Source: an uncultured Erysipelotrichaceae bacterium (GTDB lineage Bacteria; Bacillota_I; Bacilli_A; RFN20; CAG-826). Taken from it: a stretch of DNA of 64,000 bases. Positions within the stretch are counted from its first letter, which is position 1. Every line of letters starts with the position of its first letter. The stretch lies in the NCBI GenBank assembly GCA_902802905.1, contig CADCNT010000017.1, positions 186 to 64,185 on the forward strand, given 5' to 3'. The notes under the pieces are model-generated. The model did not search any database, was not told where the DNA came from, and was given only the letters and a program-made list of their open reading frames with translations. Shown one piece after another: positions 8,963-17,707 of the stretch. The position numbers and the translations under genes are program-made.

Positions 8963-10741
8963 TTATTCCACTGTTACACTTTTAGCGAGATTTCTTGGTT
9001 TATCTACGTTAAGACCTTTGGCTAAAGATACGTAGTAAGCAAGATAGAACGCTACAGAAGAGATAGCAACACTTGATAAGTAATATGCATAATCATTAAC
9101 AACGATGTTGTCTTCTTCTTTGGCTAAGAATTTAGTGCTTATCTCATAAATGATTGCGCCTCTCGCTCTCACTTCTTCAATATTGCCTCTCATGCTACTA
9201 GCGGTTTCTGGATCGGTAATAAATACAATTACAGGTGTGCCTTCTTCAATTAAAGCAATTGGACCATGTTTAAGTTCGCCTCCAGGAACAGCTTCACTAT
9301 GGATATAGCTTACCTCTTTAAGCTTCAAAGAAGCTTCCAAAGATAAGAAGTAGTCAAATCCTCTTCCTAAATAGAAGATGTTGGTTTTATCTTTGAGTTC
9401 TTCAGCGATGGCCTGAATACGAGGCTTGTAGTTATTTTTGATGTCTCTAACAATTTTTAAGGCATCTTTTAAGTCTTTGATTACTCGCTTGTTGTTGTTA
9501 AGTGAGGCGGCGAGTAACGCTAATAAAGCAGTTTGCGCGACATACGCTTTAGTAGATGCCACAGACACTTCAATGCCAGCGTGTAATAATAAAGAATATT
9601 GGCAGTTTCTATCTAGAGTAGAGCCACCAGTGTTAGTTATAACTAAACAATTTAAGTTATGCTCTTTAATAATCTTTAAGCAGTGAATTAAATCTGCAGT
9701 TTCTCCAGATTGAGAAATGAGGATGATAAATGGTTTTTGTCCTGGGAAAGTTGGATGGAACGCCCACTCCGAAGCGATAAATCTAGAGGCGGATTGACCA
9801 GCATCTTCAAAATATCGTCCGCCTACTAAAGAAGCGTGATAAGAAGTACCACAAGCAATAAAGATGATATGGTCACTTTCCTTTAAAGATTTGACGAGGT
9901 TTGGATCAAATTGGAATTCATCATCGACGTAGTAGGTATCGATGATTCTTTCTACAGTTGGTTCAATCTCCTCAATTTCTTTAAGCATATAGTGAGGATA
10001 GCCTTTTAAATCATGAGAAATGGCTTCAATATCCTTATGGATATATTCTTTGCTCACTACTTCACCAGCTTGATTATAAATAGTAGCGTCTTTATTAGAT
10101 AAGACACCATATTCATTATCGTCTAATTCAATAAATGTATTGGTGAGTTCAATCATTGGTGAAGCATCAGAAGCCACTAAATTAAAGTTATTTCCTTTAC
10201 CCACAATTAAAGGGGATCCTTTTTTCATCACATATAAGTGATTAGTGTCATCAGGAGTAAAGACCACAAAGGCGTAATTGCCTTTTAATAAGTCCATTAC
10301 TTCTTTAATGGATTTAAGGACATCTTTATTCTCTAGATAGTGATATTCAATAAGATTAGCAACGATTTCACTATCGGTGTCTCCATAAAATTCATATCCC
10401 TTTTCTAAAAGAAACTTCTTTAGTTCCATGAAGTTTTCAATCACTCCATTATGAACTAAGCAGATGGCTTTATGATTTGATAAATGTGGGTGAGTGTTTT
10501 CCTTGTTAGGAACACCATGTGTGGCCCATCTTGTGTGGCCAATCATGATATTGGATTTGATTCTATTAGGAACAATATCCATAAGATGTTCAACACTGCC
10601 AACATCTTTGATGATTTTTAAGCCATTATCAAAGAAGGCTACTCCAGCGGAGTCATAACCACGATAATCTAAAGTTTTAAGTCCTCTAAGGGTATAGCCT
10701 CTAGGTTCTTTCAGGCCAATTGCCCCCACTATTCCACACAT
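8963..10741 (-). CDS. glmS: glutamine--fructose-6-phosphate aminotransferase (isomerizing)
   Basis: Starts MCGIVG (Ntn Cys after Met), has two SIS domains, and ends with the typical ...KPRNLAKSVTVE. The ORF-track start one codon upstream is unlikely. Confidence 0.95.
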   Translation of the reverse strand: MCGIVGAIGLKEPRGYTLRGLKTLDYRGYDSAGVAFFDNGLKIIKDVGSVEHLMDIVPNRIKSNIMIGHTRWATHGVPNKENTHPHLSNHKAICLVHNGVIENFMELKKFLLEKGYEFYGDTDSEIVANLIEYHYLENKDVLKSIKEVMDLLKGNYAFVVFTPDDTNHLYVMKKGSPLIVGKGNNFNLVASDASPMIELTNTFIELDDNEYGVLSNKDATIYNQAGEVVSKEYIHKDIEAISHDLKGYPHYMLKEIEEIEPTVERIIDTYYVDDEFQFDPNLVKSLKESDHIIFIACGTSYHASLVGGRYFEDAGQSASRFIASEWAFHPTFPGQKPFIILISQSGETADLIHCLKIIKEHNLNCLVITNTGGSTLDRNCQYSLLLHAGIEVSVASTKAYVAQTALLALLAASLNNNKRVIKDLKDALKIVRDIKNNYKPRIQAIAEELKDKTNIFYLGRGFDYFLSLEASLKLKEVSYIHSEAVPGGELKHGPIALIEEGTPVIVFITDPETASSMRGNIEEVRARGAIIYEISTKFLAKEEDNIVVNDYAYYLSSVAISSVAFYLAYYVSLAKGLNVDKPRNLAKSVTVE

Positions 10742-10747
10742 CAATTA

Positions 10748-12082
10748 TTACCTCTCTAGATATTTTTGCAGCTCAAATTCTGAAACTGTTGTGTGATAAT
10801 CTTTCCACTCTTTTTCTTTAGCTTCAATATATTTATAAAATAAATGATCTCCTAATACTTCTTTTAAGATTGAAGACTTCTTAAAGTCTTTGATTGCAGA
10901 ATGTAAAGTTGCTGGTAGGCATTCAATTTTTCTATCAGCGATTTCATCTTCGCTTAAAGAGAATAAGTTATCAGTGACTGGGGCCACCATATCCTTTTCT
11001 TTGATGTTTTTAATGCCGTCAAGTCCACAAGCAAGTATACCTGCTAAAGCAAGATAAGGGTTGGCACATGGGTCGACATTTCTAAGTTCAGTTCTAGTAG
11101 CCGCACCTCTAATAGCAGGAATTCTAATTAAAGAACTTCTGTTAGCATCACTCCAACAAGCGTAGATAGGTGCTTCATAGCCGCTAACTAATCTCTTATA
11201 AGAATTAACGATTGGGTTAGTTAATAAGCTTAATTCACGAGCGTGATTTAAAATACCGCTCACCCATTTTTTACACATAAGTGATAATTCCATATCTGCT
11301 TTTGGATCATAGAATAAGTCACCTTTGTCTTTATTGTATAAAGAACAATTAGTGTGCATGCCGTTACCTGCTTGTTTGTTTAAAGGCTTTGGCATAAAAG
11401 ATGCTAAGTAACCGTTTTTTCTAGCCACTACTTTTACTACTTGCTTAAATGTTTGCACACGGTCACATGCACTCACAACATCAGAATATTTGAAAGTGAT
11501 TTCATTTTGTCCAGGGCCAACTTCATGATGGGAGGCTTGTACTTCAAAACCCATGCTTTCAAGCATTAAAGAGATTTCTCTTCTAATGTTTTCTCCACCA
11601 TCAAATGGTGATAAATCAAAGTATGATGCTGCATCACTAATTTTAGTAGATGCACTTCCATCTGGATTTAATTTGAAAAGATAGAATTCTGGTTCAAAAC
11701 CAACATACATGGTTTCAATGCCTTCTTTGTTCATCTTTTCAACTTGTTTCTTCAAGATGTAACGTGGATCACCAACAAAAGGTTTCCCGTCAGGCATATA
11801 AACATCACAAATGAATCTTGCCACTCCTCCGATAGAAGAATCTTCAAATGGTAAAACTAAAAACGTATCAATATCTGGATGCAGATACATATCAGCTTCT
11901 TTGATTCTCACAAACCCTTCAATAGAAGAACCATCGAACATGATTTTATTATTTAAAGCATCATCTAATTTGGAAATTGGAATTTCCACAGCTTTAATAT
12001 CACCTAACATATCAGTGAATTGTAATCTGATATAAGAGATTTTCTTTTCTTCAATTATTTTTCTAATATCATTCTTGTTCAT
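10748..12082 (-). CDS. glnA: glutamine synthetase, type I
   Basis: 444 aa. Contains FDGSSIEGF, the HHEVGPGQNEI region, NGMHTN and the SYKRLVSGYEAP motifs characteristic of GSI. Confidence 0.95.
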   Translation of the reverse strand: MNKNDIRKIIEEKKISYIRLQFTDMLGDIKAVEIPISKLDDALNNKIMFDGSSIEGFVRIKEADMYLHPDIDTFLVLPFEDSSIGGVARFICDVYMPDGKPFVGDPRYILKKQVEKMNKEGIETMYVGFEPEFYLFKLNPDGSASTKISDAASYFDLSPFDGGENIRREISLMLESMGFEVQASHHEVGPGQNEITFKYSDVVSACDRVQTFKQVVKVVARKNGYLASFMPKPLNKQAGNGMHTNCSLYNKDKGDLFYDPKADMELSLMCKKWVSGILNHARELSLLTNPIVNSYKRLVSGYEAPIYACWSDANRSSLIRIPAIRGAATRTELRNVDPCANPYLALAGILACGLDGIKNIKEKDMVAPVTDNLFSLSEDEIADRKIECLPATLHSAIKDFKKSSILKEVLGDHLFYKYIEAKEKEWKDYHTTVSEFELQKYLER

Positions 12083-12136
12083 AAAATTTCCCCTTTAGAA
12101 AAACACGCAAATATTTTGCTCTTAGAAGAAAATAAT

Positions 12137-12170
12137 TGTCAACACTTTTATATGTAAAGTTTTGTTTACA
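12137..12170 (-). promoter_or_regulatory. candidate glnA promoter -35 (TTGACA) with adjacent GlnR/TnrA-like palindrome TGTAAA-N6-TTTACA
   Basis: The palindrome TGTAAAGTTTTGTTTACA at 12153-12170 sits just upstream of TTGACA (12142-12137, minus strand). It resembles TGTNA-N7-TNACA but is 1 nt longer. Confidence 0.4.
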
Positions 12171-12258
12171 TGCCTATTTTTCAAATCTTTTTAACAAAGT
12201 TAAATAATAATAGCAAACTATATGTTAATTTCACTAACTTTTTAATTTATGTCCCTTT

Positions 12259-12285
12259 AAAAAAATGGCCCCGATTCCGGAGCCA
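12259..12285 (-). terminator. rho-independent terminator of the RT-LRR gene
   Basis: Minus strand: TGGCTCCGGAATCGGGGCCA hairpin (one mismatch) followed by TTTTTTT, 18 nt after the stop codon. Confidence 0.7.
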
Positions 12286-12302
12286 CTTTTGTTTAATCAT
12301 TT

Positions 12303-15300
12303 TTAGAATGGTAAATCACTATCATCAACATCGAAGGAACCGAAACTGGTTTGAGTGTTCCTCACTCCTGGAGTTGGATTCATGAAGTAAGGGCAATACC
12401 TTAATGTTGCGTTGTGATCAAAGTTATCCACTACATCTGGTGGAAGCTTAGTGTTTTTGCAAGATAATGCAACTTTATTAGATCTAGTTCCAATAATCGC
12501 ATTGCAGTTATCTCTGCTATCAAAGACTGGATTACCTTTTTCTACTTCAATCTTTTCGATATTGAAGCACATCTCAAATACACGAGATTCAATATAAGTT
12601 ACGTTCTTTGGAATAAATACCTCTTTAACACCTTGATTGTTATAGAATCCAGGGAACGCTAGACGTTTAACAAAGTTAGGAATCTTACTTGCGTCTAAAC
12701 CAAACATTAAAGCGTCATTAACTGGATTAAAGATGATTCCGTCTTTTTCAACATACAAAGGATGATCTTTAGAAATCTTAACATCCACCAAGTTTTCTTT
12801 TTCCATCATTCCAAGTTGGCTTAAATCAGTTAAGGAAGCAGGAATAAATAAGTGCTCTATGTTATCTCTAGTTAACGCAGAAGCCTTAATAGAGGTAACT
12901 CCTTCAGGAATATTTGCGTCATCCGCTAAGTAAACTAGCTCTCTTCCATGGATATCAAATAACGCAGTATTCTCTTTGTTTGTTTTGAAGAACAAGTTGT
13001 CTTCATCAACAAAGATTTTATTTATCTTTGCATTATAAGCAAATTCAGGAGAGATATAGAATAAATTCTTGCCAATATAAAGTTCATCAATTGTAGAATA
13101 GGCAAAGCAATCGCCTAAAGATAACATGCTGTCTTTAAGAACAACTTTTTCAAAGTAGCGAGCATTATAACAACCTCTAGCAATAGAGGTATGTTCAGAT
13201 GGTAATAATGCTTTATTAGTTGTGTACAAGATGCCTTTGTTTTCTAAAGACATAAGGTAGCCATATTCAGACTTGAAGTACTTACTACCATTTTCAACTT
13301 CTATTTCTTTAGCGGTAAATTCATATAGTCCAGCTACTTCATTTACTGAAGCAGGAATACTCAATTTCGCGACGGAAATCCCGCGGAATGCATTTACAAG
13401 TATCTTTTCTAGGCCACTATTTAAGGTGATTTCTTTCACATTAACGCAGTCCGCAAAAGCACTTTCGCAGATATATTTTAAAGAATGCGGGAAAGATAAT
13501 TCGCTTAAACCAGTACATCCTTCAAATGCAGAATCAGATATAATCGCTAAAGATCCAGGGAAATTAATTTCTTTTAATTTCTCAACTTGGAAGAATGCAT
13601 ATTTAGCAATTTGCTCTACGCCTTGAGGGATGCGTGAATTTTTACAACCAAGTAGTAAAACTTTATGTCCATCTGGATCTAAATAAGTAACAATATCAGA
13701 GTCTTCATCACTAAAGACAGAATTGTTCTTGTCTACGTTAATATTTTCAATATCACAGCCTGCAAAAGCACCATTGGATAGTTGCTCTAAGGATGATGGT
13801 AAGTAAACATAATTAATAACTTTGTTATTAAAGAATGCTGCTCTGCCAATATATTTTAATCCTTCATTAAAGGCAGGAACTCTTAAGAATTCACAGCCGT
13901 AGAAAGCTTCATCTGCAATCTTTTCAAGTTCTGGAGGTAAGCTGATTCTTTCTAAAGAAGTACAGTTTTTAAAGCATGCGTTAGGAACAGTGTCGATTCT
14001 TGCATAAGAAACAACAGAATGTAAATTAGTGCAATTTTCAAATGCACTTGCACCAATTACTTCAATTGATTCAGGTAAGCCAATATCTCTTATCGCGCAA
14101 TTTTTAAATGCACTAGAGCCTATACTTTTTACTCCATTAGGAATGCCGACAATTTCCAAGTCCTTGCAGTTTAAGAAAGCTTCAACAGCAATCTTTTCCA
14201 CAGATTCCGGAACATCAACCTTTTGAAGTCCACTATTTGCGAAAGCATTATAAGGTATTTCTTTTATGTTTTTAGGCAAAGTAACTATTTTCAAATTAGT
14301 TGTGAAAGCAAAGACATTTTGGCCAAGCTTTTCAACATTCTCAGGCAATTCAATCTTTTCTAAAGCAGAACAACCTTCAAATGCACAGTTAGAAATACCT
14401 TTTAAGGTGTTTGGCAGAGAAATCTTTTTCAAACTTGTACAGTTTGCAAATGCAAACATTTCAATGTATTCAAGATAAGCAGGTAGTTCAATTTCTTCTA
14501 AAGAAGAACATCCCACAAATGCGCTGCTTGGAATACTATTCATCTCACTATTAATAATGACTTTCTTTAAAGATGTACATCTTGCAAATGCTCCAACCTC
14601 AAAATTCACACCATGAGGAATAATTATTTCTTCTAATAGTTCATTTCCACTAAAAGCAGAACGAGAGATAAATTCAACACTATTAGGAATTATTGTATTA
14701 GCACTTGCTAATAGCATTTGATTAGATTCACTATCAATAAGTGCGCTACAACCTTCTCTACTATCATAAACGCTATTATCTTTGGCAACTTCAATTTTCT
14801 TAAGATGAGAAAAGCAACTGCTTGTTAATATATTTGCCTTAATCTTAAATGTAGAAGGTATATATAGTTCCTCAACATTATCGCAGTCTTTAAATACAGC
14901 GCTATCCATTTTTAGGAGTGACTCTGGAAAGATAACCTTTTTAATTGCAGTGTTGGCAAATGCTTCTTCTCCTAAAGTAATTAAAGAGGTTGGCAGTTTG
15001 GCTTCACTTAAAGAAACACAGTTTTTAAATGCGTGCTTTTCAATAAAGTTAACAATGCCTAAATCTACTTCTTTAAAAGAAGTACAGCCAATAAATGCAC
15101 CCTCTTTTACTTCTCTTACTGTTTCAGGAAGAGCAACTTTCTTTAAAGAGTCGCAATACGCAAAAGCATATTTATAAATGGTTCTAACTCCTTGAGGAAT
15201 TGCGGAATTTTCACATCCTAAAATGAGTCTAGCTTTTTTCACTAAAATAAGAGCGTTACAGTCATCTTCACTGGAGTAAACCATGTTAAGTGGAGCGACT

Positions 15301-17582
15301 TTAATAGACTTAAGTACTTTAGGTAATCCTAGGAAGGCATCTTTACCAATTTGTTTGACCTTTTCAGGAATGTACAAGTCTTCGAAACTTGTACAGTGAG
15401 CAAAAGCGTATTGACCAATTTTGGTTACGCTTCCAGGAATCTCAAACACTAAGTTAGAGCAATTTTCAAAAGCGTGATTGCCAATCTTTGTAATCTTTCC
15501 TAAAACATTAACTTTCTTTAAGTTGGTACAGCCAACAAATAACGAATTAGGAATTTCAGTGATTCCCTCTGGTAGAGTGATTTCTCTTAAGGAGACACAG
15601 TTGGAGAAAGCACCATCTCCAAGTCTTGTAAGAGAAGATGGCAAATTAATCTTTTGTAACCATTTACACGACGCAAAGCAGTTATTTCCAATTGTTTCCA
15701 CTCCTTCTGGAATATCGATTGATTTAAGCATTTTGTTCTTAAATGGATAACTTAAAATTTGTTTTACACCTTTATCAACTATGTCTTTGAGTGTATAGAA
15801 CAAGACATCGTTATAATCAATAATTGATTTGTTGTCTTTAACATTCTTATAGACTTTGTTGTCTTTGCTAATTTCGATTTCCTCTAAACGTGGACAATCG
15901 GTAAATGCATCATCTGCTAATTCTAAAACAGAACTAGACACAACCGCTTTAGTTAAGGATGCACAGTTGGAGAAGGCATTTCTTTCGACTTTTAAAACAG
16001 TATCAGGTAAGACAGCTTCTTTCAGACGAATGCAACCAGCAAAAGCTTTGCTTCCAATTCTTTCAACTCTAGAAGTTGCTAGGTTGGTTTTTGCTAGTTT
16101 TTCATTGTTAGTAAATGCGGAAGCACCTATTTCTTTAACTGATTCAGGGAATGTCACTTCTTTTAGCTGACATCCTTCAAAAGCGGAATCGCCAATTATT
16201 TCTAATTCTTCTGGGAATCTAACTTCATCCAAGTAATAGCAGTACTTAAAGGTAAGGCTATTAATGGATTTGATATATGGAGGAAGTTCCACATAATCAA
16301 TATTTGTATAGGCGAAAGCAGCTTCACCAATATAACGTAAATACGTTGGTAACTTAATTTTGCTAATTCCGGTTCCGTAGAATGCTTTTTTGCCAATTAC
16401 TTTGAGCTTATCATTAAAAATCACTTCTTTAACGTTACTGTTAAAAGCAAAAGCGTCTTGACCGATGCTATCGACAAAGTATGGAATTTCTACACTTTCT
16501 TCTTTACCTAAATACTTCACGATTTCAATCGCATCATTAATGATAAATCCATCAGGGCAAATAACTTTCTTATGAATATTAATTTCAAATTGAGAAGAAT
16601 ACTGTTCAAAATCAGGTATTTCTTCACTGACGCGAGAAATAGATCTCTTGTCTAATTCTTTAGGGTTGAATCTATATGGTTCACCGTATATATTCATGTA
16701 CTTCTTTTGGAATCTCTTATAAGAAACTTCAGAGTTATACGCTAAATAGGCAACGCGAGATTTGATTTCATTATCCAGAGGATAGCAATGATCTTCATAA
16801 CTCTTTTGTTTAGCAATTAAGAAAAGCAAAAAAAGGATATAACGTTTAGAGATTGTAATCTTATTATTTACTTCATTTTCTTTAGAAAGGTTGAGTCCTA
16901 AATAAGAAATGGAGTTATGAGATTTGAAATCTAATTTAACTTTTCTAGTTTTCTTATCATTGATTTCAAGTTTATAAATAGCGAGTTGTTCTTTGATAAA
17001 TTCATAGAATTTATTTAATTCCTTATCATCTTCATATTCACTGGACAAAAGGATGTCATCACTATAACGGGAATAATGAAGAAGAGGATGTTTAGCTAAG
17101 TATTCAGAAATTGCTAAGTCAAACTTCTTCATGTAGAAATCACTAAGCATAGGAGAAGTGACAAAGCCGATAGATAAAGCACCTTTATAGAAAAGACCTT
17201 TAATTGCGTTTTTCCAATCATCATTAAAGTATTCACCGTATTGAGCGAAGAACGATTCTTCGGCGATACTTTCAAAGAAATGATGGATGTCTAATTTAAT
17301 AAAGCAGTTGGATTTAAGATGGCTTTGTAAAGCATCATAGCATCTAACGCCTTTATGATAAGCGAAAGAGAAGAGACTTCTTTGGGAAAAATTGTTTTTA
17401 AACTCTTCGGCAATTTGTTCATGCACTCTTCTTAAAGAAGCACCATAATCACCAAATTTGTTATAAGTAATGATTGTCCTTTCTTTTTTGTTTTTCTCTT
17501 TGATGACAAAAGGATAAACATACTTATCAGGATTTAAAATGTAATCCGCTAAGAGGCGGCTTAATCTATTGATATTTCCCAT
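12303..17582 (-). CDS. reverse transcriptase (retron/Abi-UG-like) fused to a giant BspA-type leucine-rich-repeat (LRR_5-like) array; 1759 aa
   Basis: RT motifs in aa 1-330: KERTIITY; AYHKGVRCYDALQSH; KLDIHHFFESI (motif A Asp); SIGFVTSPMLSDFYM (motif B); YSRYSDDILLSS (YxDD, nt 17066-17055); LEINDKKTR; ISYLGLNL. From about aa 340 there are roughly 50-60 units of the pattern IPxxVxxIGxxAFxxCxxLxxI. No signal peptide. SD GGGAGG lies 8 nt before the ATG. Confidence 0.85.
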   Translation of the reverse strand: MGNINRLSRLLADYILNPDKYVYPFVIKEKNKKERTIITYNKFGDYGASLRRVHEQIAEEFKNNFSQRSLFSFAYHKGVRCYDALQSHLKSNCFIKLDIHHFFESIAEESFFAQYGEYFNDDWKNAIKGLFYKGALSIGFVTSPMLSDFYMKKFDLAISEYLAKHPLLHYSRYSDDILLSSEYEDDKELNKFYEFIKEQLAIYKLEINDKKTRKVKLDFKSHNSISYLGLNLSKENEVNNKITISKRYILFLLFLIAKQKSYEDHCYPLDNEIKSRVAYLAYNSEVSYKRFQKKYMNIYGEPYRFNPKELDKRSISRVSEEIPDFEQYSSQFEINIHKKVICPDGFIINDAIEIVKYLGKEESVEIPYFVDSIGQDAFAFNSNVKEVIFNDKLKVIGKKAFYGTGISKIKLPTYLRYIGEAAFAYTNIDYVELPPYIKSINSLTFKYCYYLDEVRFPEELEIIGDSAFEGCQLKEVTFPESVKEIGASAFTNNEKLAKTNLATSRVERIGSKAFAGCIRLKEAVLPDTVLKVERNAFSNCASLTKAVVSSSVLELADDAFTDCPRLEEIEISKDNKVYKNVKDNKSIIDYNDVLFYTLKDIVDKGVKQILSYPFKNKMLKSIDIPEGVETIGNNCFASCKWLQKINLPSSLTRLGDGAFSNCVSLREITLPEGITEIPNSLFVGCTNLKKVNVLGKITKIGNHAFENCSNLVFEIPGSVTKIGQYAFAHCTSFEDLYIPEKVKQIGKDAFLGLPKVLKSIKVAPLNMVYSSEDDCNALILVKKARLILGCENSAIPQGVRTIYKYAFAYCDSLKKVALPETVREVKEGAFIGCTSFKEVDLGIVNFIEKHAFKNCVSLSEAKLPTSLITLGEEAFANTAIKKVIFPESLLKMDSAVFKDCDNVEELYIPSTFKIKANILTSSCFSHLKKIEVAKDNSVYDSREGCSALIDSESNQMLLASANTIIPNSVEFISRSAFSGNELLEEIIIPHGVNFEVGAFARCTSLKKVIINSEMNSIPSSAFVGCSSLEEIELPAYLEYIEMFAFANCTSLKKISLPNTLKGISNCAFEGCSALEKIELPENVEKLGQNVFAFTTNLKIVTLPKNIKEIPYNAFANSGLQKVDVPESVEKIAVEAFLNCKDLEIVGIPNGVKSIGSSAFKNCAIRDIGLPESIEVIGASAFENCTNLHSVVSYARIDTVPNACFKNCTSLERISLPPELEKIADEAFYGCEFLRVPAFNEGLKYIGRAAFFNNKVINYVYLPSSLEQLSNGAFAGCDIENINVDKNNSVFSDEDSDIVTYLDPDGHKVLLLGCKNSRIPQGVEQIAKYAFFQVEKLKEINFPGSLAIISDSAFEGCTGLSELSFPHSLKYICESAFADCVNVKEITLNSGLEKILVNAFRGISVAKLSIPASVNEVAGLYEFTAKEIEVENGSKYFKSEYGYLMSLENKGILYTTNKALLPSEHTSIARGCYNARYFEKVVLKDSMLSLGDCFAYSTIDELYIGKNLFYISPEFAYNAKINKIFVDEDNLFFKTNKENTALFDIHGRELVYLADDANIPEGVTSIKASALTRDNIEHLFIPASLTDLSQLGMMEKENLVDVKISKDHPLYVEKDGIIFNPVNDALMFGLDASKIPNFVKRLAFPGFYNNQGVKEVFIPKNVTYIESRVFEMCFNIEKIEVEKGNPVFDSRDNCNAIIGTRSNKVALSCKNTKLPPDVVDNFDHNATLRYCPYFMNPTPGVRNTQTSFGSFDVDDSDLPF

Positions 17583-17608
17583 AGGAAAGACCTCCCACTA
17601 AAGAAAAA

Positions 17609-17701
17609 GGTGGTTACTATGCTAACAAGAGCTTCCATCCAGCCCTTATTGAACCCAACAAGGAAGCTTACTGGACTATCAATTAAGATAAACTAACCAC
17701 C
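17609..17701 (-). ncRNA. candidate structured non-coding RNA / 5' leader of the RT-LRR gene (retron msr-msd-like geometry)
   Basis: Terminal 8-bp pairing GGTGGTTA (17701-17694, minus) with TAACCACC (17616-17609). It encloses a small hairpin UAUC-uuaauu-GAUA and a larger hairpin AGCUUCC...GGAAGCU (17668-17630) that has an inner CCUUGUUG-GGUU-CAAUAAGG alternative. A U-tract, SD and the RT ATG follow. Confidence 0.45.
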
Positions 17702-17707
17702 ACGATT

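Noticed and set aside
10742-10747. glmS ribozyme upstream of glmS.
   Set aside because: Only 3 nt separate the glnA stop from the glmS start, which leaves no space for a ~170-nt ribozyme.
13273-16170. Multiple 60-117-aa plus-strand ORFs in the track, antisense to the RT-LRR gene (for example 13273-13626, 15478-15750, 15856-16170).
   Set aside because: They lie entirely inside a 5.3-kb ORF with clear protein motifs on the opposite strand. They have low-complexity translations and no SD sequences. Antisense open frames are expected in AT-rich repetitive coding sequence.
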